DNA of 20,193 nucleotides from a virus (Duplodnaviria; Heunggongvirae; Uroviricota; Caudoviricetes): IMG/VR virus record IMGVR_UViG_2703718798_000010, positions 1 to 20,193 of that record; one strand, 5' to 3'. Shown piece by piece: positions 16,098 to 20,193 of this stretch (position 1 is its first letter; each line of letters starts with the position of its first letter). The notes under the pieces were generated by a model. It saw only the letters and a program-made list of their open reading frames with translations, ran no database searches and was not told where the DNA came from. The position numbers and the translations under genes were made by a program.

Positions 16098-17148
16098 TAC
16101 TGTAAAAATATCCAGTTGTGAGTTAATCAACGCCGACTGCCTGGAATTTATCCGGTCGTTACCCGAAAATTCTGTTGACCTGATAGTCACGGACCCGCCG
16201 TACTTTAAAGTGAAGCCTGAGGGCTGGGATAACCAGTGGAAGGGCGACGATGATTACCTGAAGTGGCTGGACCAGTGTCTTGCGCAGTTCTGGCGGGTGC
16301 TGAAACCTGCCGGAAGTCTTTACCTGTTCTGTGGCCATCGCCTGGCGTCTGACATTGAAATCATGATGCGTGAACGCTTCAGTGTGCTGAACCATATTAT
16401 CTGGGCGAAGCCGTCCGGACGCTGGAACGGGTGCAACAAGGAAAGCCTGAGGGCATATTTCCCCGCCACAGAGCGCATTCTGTTCGCGGAACATTATCAG
16501 GGGCCGTATCGCCCGAAAGATGCCGGGTATGAGGCGAAGGGCAGGGCACTGAAACAGCATGTGATGGCCCCGCTGATTTCTTACTTTCGTGATGCGCGTG
16601 CTGCCCTGGGGATAACGGCAAAACAGATTGCTGATGCCACAGGAAAGAAAAACATGGTGTCGCACTGGTTCAGTGCCAGTCAGTGGCAGCTACCGGACGA
16701 AAGTGATTATCTGAAATTACAGGCGCTGTTTGCCCGGGTGGCAGAAGAGAAGCATCAGCGGGGTGAACTGGAAAAGCCCCACCACCAGCTGCTGGAGACG
16801 TATACTTCACTGAACCGGCAGTATGCGGAACTGCAGAGTGAATATAAGCTTCTGCGGCGGTATTTTGGCGTGACGGCGCAGGTGTCGTACACGGATGTGT
16901 GGACGCATAAACCGGTGCAGTACTATCCCGGGAAACATCCGTGCGAAAAACCGGCAGAAATGCTGCAGCAGATAATCAGTGCGAGCAGTCGTCCGGGTGA
17001 CCTGGTTGCAGATTTCTTCATGGGGTCGGGTTCGACAGTCAAAGCCGCGATGGCGCTGGGGCGTCGTGCTACAGGCGTTGAGCTGGAGACTGAACGTTTT
17101 GAGCAGACGGTCAGGGAAGTTCAGGATTTAGCCAGTCAGAACGGATGA
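16090..17148 (+). CDS. DNA methyltransferase, beta-class (N6-adenine or N4-cytosine), orphan
   Basis: 352 aa; motif IV DPPY (IVTDPPYF) precedes AdoMet motif FMGSGST; no adjacent restriction endonuclease ORF. Confidence 0.85.
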   Translation: MLSTVKISSCELINADCLEFIRSLPENSVDLIVTDPPYFKVKPEGWDNQWKGDDDYLKWLDQCLAQFWRVLKPAGSLYLFCGHRLASDIEIMMRERFSVLNHIIWAKPSGRWNGCNKESLRAYFPATERILFAEHYQGPYRPKDAGYEAKGRALKQHVMAPLISYFRDARAALGITAKQIADATGKKNMVSHWFSASQWQLPDESDYLKLQALFARVAEEKHQRGELEKPHHQLLETYTSLNRQYAELQSEYKLLRRYFGVTAQVSYTDVWTHKPVQYYPGKHPCEKPAEMLQQIISASSRPGDLVADFFMGSGSTVKAAMALGRRATGVELETERFEQTVREVQDLASQNG

Positions 17149-17188
17149 TATTGCAGGATTAGTTACGTACCGTTATTATCCTGCGCCC

Positions 17189-17263
17189 GGCCCTTTAGCT
17201 CAGTGGTGAGAGCGAGCGACTCATAATCGCCAGGTCGCTGGTTCAAATCCAGCAAGGGCACCA
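17189..17263 (+). tRNA. ileZ: tRNA-Ile (CAU, lysidine type), ileZ-like
   Basis: Manual cloverleaf fold; anticodon arm AGCGA-CTCATAA-TCGCC nearly identical to E. coli ileX as recalled; acceptor stem appears one nucleotide short. Confidence 0.7.
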
Positions 17264-17270
17264 TCACATA

Positions 17271-17347
17271 CCGCCATTAGCTCATCAGGAAAGAGCGCCA
17301 GCCTTCGAAGCTGGTTGCGCGGGGTTCGAGTCCTCGATGGCGGTCCA
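17271..17347 (+). tRNA. argN: tRNA-Arg (anticodon UCG), argN-like
   Basis: Acceptor CCGCCAT/ATGGCGG, T-arm GGGG-TTCGAGT-CCTCG, anticodon loop CTTCGAA, 3' CCA. Confidence 0.8.
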
Positions 17348-17360
17348 TTATCGGTATTCT

Positions 17361-17437
17361 GCGTTGTTAGCTCAGCCGGACAGAGCAATTGCCTTCTAAG
17401 TAATCGGTCACTGGTTCGAATCCAGTACAACGCGCCA
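17361..17437 (+). tRNA. argO: tRNA-Arg (anticodon UCU), argO-like
   Basis: Acceptor GCGTTGT/ACAACGC, T-arm CACTGG-TTCGAAT-CCAGT, anticodon loop CTTCTAA, 3' CCA. Confidence 0.85.
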
Positions 17438-17450
17438 CACTTATTTTCCT

Positions 17451-17476
17451 GGCTCGCTTCGGCGGGCCTTTTAATT
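17451..17476 (+). terminator. Rho-independent terminator after the tRNA block
   Basis: GGCTCGC-TTCG-GCGGGCC hairpin (one G-U pair) followed by TTTTAATTT. Confidence 0.65.
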
Positions 17477-17583
17477 TGCTGAAAAAGAAAACATCAGATG
17501 GTTAGTCGGGTATCAGTTATCTGGTGAAATTTTTAAATACCTCACAATTCAGGAAGGTGATTATTGTTTTTCTGGTGGGGAAT

Positions 17584-17635
17584 TTGTTAAAAATCACTCC
17601 GCATGATGAATCCCCCTAAGCGGTGGGGCGACTGG
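17584..17635. repeat. Direct repeat copy 1 (~50 bp) in the cargo slot
   Basis: TTGTTAAAAA...GCATGATGAATCCCCCTAAGCGGTGGGGCGACTGG. Confidence 0.6.
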
Positions 17636-17790
17636 CAAGGCTCCATTACGATGGTCACAATCCGCAGATTTAGTTTGCCAGGCTGATTTGTGTTCTGATC
17701 GGGGATGTGACAAGGAACATACGTTCTTATGTGAAAATGTTAAATTCTTCACATTTCAGTGAGTTGAGTGTTGATTTCGTTTTATCTTTT

Positions 17791-17841
17791 TTGTTAAAAA
17801 AGTATTGCATGGTGAATCCCCCTGTGCGGTGGGGCGACTGG
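17791..17841. repeat. Direct repeat copy 2 (~50 bp) in the cargo slot
   Basis: TTGTTAAAAA...GCATGGTGAATCCCCCTGTGCGGTGGGGCGACTGG; 32 of 35 core positions identical to copy 1. Confidence 0.6.
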
Positions 17842-17958
17842 TGACAACAATTCATCATCCGTGATGACCCAGAAGAGATCGCGGGTTCAGTGGCACCGGG
17901 CTGAACTCACCGGGAGGCACCCGGCACCATGTTCATGGTGATACAGAAATGCGGCTTC

Positions 17959-17983
17959 AGCCCCTCTCCGGAGGGGCTTTCTT
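17959..17983 (+). terminator. Terminator-like hairpin, plus orientation
   Basis: AGCCCCTC-TCCG-GAGGGGCT followed by TTCTT. Confidence 0.45.
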
Positions 17984-17990
17984 ATGGACA

Positions 17991-18017
17991 AAAAAGCCCG
18001 CGCTGGGAGACGCGGGC
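17991..18017 (-). terminator. Terminator-like hairpin, minus orientation
   Basis: GCCCGCG-CTGGGAGA-CGCGGGC preceded by A6 on + strand (U-tract for a minus-strand transcript). Confidence 0.5.
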
Positions 18018-18210
18018 GGCAAGGAATAAACAATAAAACGTGAAGTAATATTTCAGCTGGCGAATAATACCCCATAGTAATCACTCTGCGCAACTGCGCG
18101 GCCTTTTTCGTATTGCGGGCTGTAGTCTCCCTTCTGCCATTGTCCTGTAACTTCCGGACTTCAGCTCGCTCCTTATCTGACTCACAACATTATCCCGACC
18201 GGGAGGATTC

Positions 18211-20193
18211 ATGACATTTAAACACTACGATGTGGTCAGGGCGGCGTCGCCGTCAGACCTTGCGGAGCGACTGACACAAAAACTGAAGGAGGGGTGGCAG
18301 CCATTTGGCAGCCCTGTCGCCATCACGCCCTATACCCTGATGCAGGCCATTGCGGCGGAAGGTGATGTCACCACACCGGTGGTGGTGCAACCGTCGGGTG
18401 ATGGTGGCGCTGTTATCAGCACCACCAGCGAACCGGAATATTACTTTGTCATTGCGCTGGCCGGGCAGTCCAACTCGATGTCTTTTGGCGAGGGGCTGCC
18501 GCTGCCGGATACGTATGATCGTCCTGACCCGCGTATTAAGCAACTGGCGCGTCGCAGCACGGTGACACCGGGCGGTGCGGCCTGTGCATATAACGACATT
18601 ATTCCTGCAGACCATTGTCTGCATGATGTGCAGGACGTGAGTAATCTGAATCACCCGAAAGCAGACCTCAATAAAGGGCAGTATGGCTGTGTGGGGCATG
18701 CCCTGCATGTGGCCAAAAAACTGCTGCCGTTTATGCCTGCCCGTGCGGGGATCCTTCTTGTCCCGTGTGGACGTGGCGATTCGGGATTTACTGCGGGAGC
18801 AGAGGGCGCGTTTAATGAGGCGTCGGGTGCGACAGCGGGCTCTTCCCTGTGGGGGGTGGATAAACCGTTGTATCGTGACCTGGTCAGCAGAACGCGTGCA
18901 GCCCTGAAGAAAAATCCGAAAAACGTGCTGTTGTCGGTGATCTGGATGCAGGGGGAAAAAGATGTCAGTTCGGGGAGACATGCAGAGCACAATGCACTTT
19001 TTCTTGCCATGGTAAATAAATACCGTGCAGACCTGGCAGATATTGCAGACCAGTGTATTGGCGGGACAACGTCCGGCGTCCCGTGGATTTGCGGTGACAC
19101 CACGTACGACTGGAAGGCGAAGTATGCAGTGCAGTATGAGGCGGTTTACGGAGGCTATAAAGGCAAGGCGGCGCAGAATATTCACTTTGTGCCGTTGATG
19201 ACGGATGAGCATGGTGCGAATGTGCCGACAAACGAGCCGTCAGAAGATCCGGACATTATCACGGCGGGATACTATGGTGCCGCGTCACGCAGTAATGGTA
19301 ACTGGACGACAGCCGATCGTAAAACGCACTTCAGCTCCTGGGCGCGAAGAGGCATTGTTTCAGATCGGCTGGCAGGAGAGATACTGGTGCGAGCCGGGCG
19401 TTTGCTGCCGTTCCTGAGCGGGCAGTCTGCACCGCTGGCGACCACGCCAGCCTCCACGGGGGATGCACAGTCTGGCTCTGCGGGTCCGACGCAACAGCAG
19501 GGTGCAGGTACTTCTGCAGGCGGTCATACTGAAGCCGTAACAAGAATGGTGGCCGGATATGATGCGAACAGTGGCAGTGGTGTATGGACAGAGCAGCAGT
19601 GGAATGCGTCCGGTGGTAAAGGCACTGTGACGGATGACAGTGGCAGGAAGGCGCTGCGACTGGAAAAACAGCCGGGTAAACTGACCTCCTGGAAGATGTT
19701 CCGTACTGTTGCGGTGGAGGAGGCAAAAAATCTTCTCAGTAAGGGAGGTGAAATTGCCGTGCGGTTTAAGATCCCGGAGGGTGTCGAACTGGTTAACGGT
19801 CAGTTTGTCTTTGGTCTGTACTGGCCGGTGTCGCAGTGGGCGTCAGGCGCGACAGCAAACAGCATGCTGGCGTCCTTCTTCCTTCAGACGGATGCATCAA
19901 ATCTGAATCTGATGTACCACAAGGGGGAGTCGAATGCGCAACTGGGCACATTTGGGGCATTTGACCATAACTGGCATACAGTTGTTTTCCGCTTTGCGGG
20001 AAATAACAGCGAAAAAGTGGTGCCGGTGATTGATGATGCAGAGCAGTCTGCGTTTGACCTGGTGATGTGGACAAATGATGGCTTTACAGCAGATACGCTG
20101 ACGCTGACAGATATCACGGGGGCAAAAGCGACGTATCCGATACTGCTTGATACGGTCACAGTCAAAGTTAACGAAAGCCGGGCATCATCATAA
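18211..20193 (+). CDS. nanS-p: Prophage sialate O-acetylesterase NanS-p-like (SGNH hydrolase with C-terminal extension)
   Basis: 660-aa ORF with GGGAGG RBS; GQSN motif (ALAGQSNSM); sits where Stx phages carry the ORF downstream of stxB; stop is the last codon of the window. Confidence 0.8.
   Translation: MTFKHYDVVRAASPSDLAERLTQKLKEGWQPFGSPVAITPYTLMQAIAAEGDVTTPVVVQPSGDGGAVISTTSEPEYYFVIALAGQSNSMSFGEGLPLPDTYDRPDPRIKQLARRSTVTPGGAACAYNDIIPADHCLHDVQDVSNLNHPKADLNKGQYGCVGHALHVAKKLLPFMPARAGILLVPCGRGDSGFTAGAEGAFNEASGATAGSSLWGVDKPLYRDLVSRTRAALKKNPKNVLLSVIWMQGEKDVSSGRHAEHNALFLAMVNKYRADLADIADQCIGGTTSGVPWICGDTTYDWKAKYAVQYEAVYGGYKGKAAQNIHFVPLMTDEHGANVPTNEPSEDPDIITAGYYGAASRSNGNWTTADRKTHFSSWARRGIVSDRLAGEILVRAGRLLPFLSGQSAPLATTPASTGDAQSGSAGPTQQQGAGTSAGGHTEAVTRMVAGYDANSGSGVWTEQQWNASGGKGTVTDDSGRKALRLEKQPGKLTSWKMFRTVAVEEAKNLLSKGGEIAVRFKIPEGVELVNGQFVFGLYWPVSQWASGATANSMLASFFLQTDASNLNLMYHKGESNAQLGTFGAFDHNWHTVVFRFAGNNSEKVVPVIDDAEQSAFDLVMWTNDGFTADTLTLTDITGAKATYPILLDTVTVKVNESRASS

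Larger units (their letters stand above)
586..20193. mobile_element. Lambdoid (Rac-like) prophage, left arm through late-region entry; left boundary approximate, right end beyond window
   Basis: Gene order int-xis-recE-like, repressor/cro-like, O/P-like, rusA-Q, terminator, tRNA block, nanS-p, read from the ORF translations. Confidence 0.8.

Noticed and set aside
17221-17430. 69-aa minus-strand ORF
   Set aside because: It overlaps all three tRNA genes; tRNA structure explains the sequence.
17584-17612. Promoter inside each 50-bp cargo-slot repeat (TTGTTA as -35)
   Set aside because: The hexamer 17 bp downstream (TGAATC) is a poor -10 match, so a sigma-70 promoter is not supported by sequence alone; kept as repeats of unknown function.
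17438-18210. Possible Shiga toxin genes (stxA/stxB) downstream of the ileZ-argN-argO block
   Set aside because: No plus-strand ORF of 60 aa or more exists in the interval and nothing of stxA or stxB size is present; the slot is non-coding here.
18253-20165. Minus-strand ORFs of up to 319 aa inside nanS-p
   Set aside because: Antisense to a long ORF with a clear RBS and SGNH motif; Arg/His-rich translations typical of GC-rich antisense frames.

Overview
This window is the left arm of an E. coli-type lambdoid (Rac-like) prophage, running from the integrase end to the late-region entry. All calls are from reading the ORF translations and sequence by eye; no searches were run. Gene order: ORF6N-domain gene (1-558, -), putative att region, int and xis (-), a large RecE-like gene with a DnaQ-type exonuclease C-terminus (-), small early-left ORFs, a leftward promoter/operator, a ParE/RelE-family toxin-antitoxin pair and a DicA/RacR-like repressor (-), then rightward ydaS-like and ydaT-like genes, an O-like initiator with internal iterons, a P-like protein, a nin-like accessory block (DUF4406-like, Ea22-like, DUF550/DUF551-like, hok/gef-mok, DUF968-like, rusA), a Q-like antiterminator with a downstream terminator, a gap-broken small gene, an orphan DNA methyltransferase, three tRNAs (Ile-CAU, Arg-UCG, Arg-UCU) and a nanS-p-like esterase ending at the window edge. 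The position where Stx phages carry stxAB (between the tRNAs and nanS-p) holds no toxin genes, only about 770 bp of structured non-coding DNA. The most interesting items are the RecE-like/DEDDh exonuclease fusion with no recT, the toxin-antitoxin pair sitting in the rexAB-equivalent slot between two matching operator palindromes, and the contents of the empty cargo slot. A 34-nt run of N (16014-16047) is an assembly gap.
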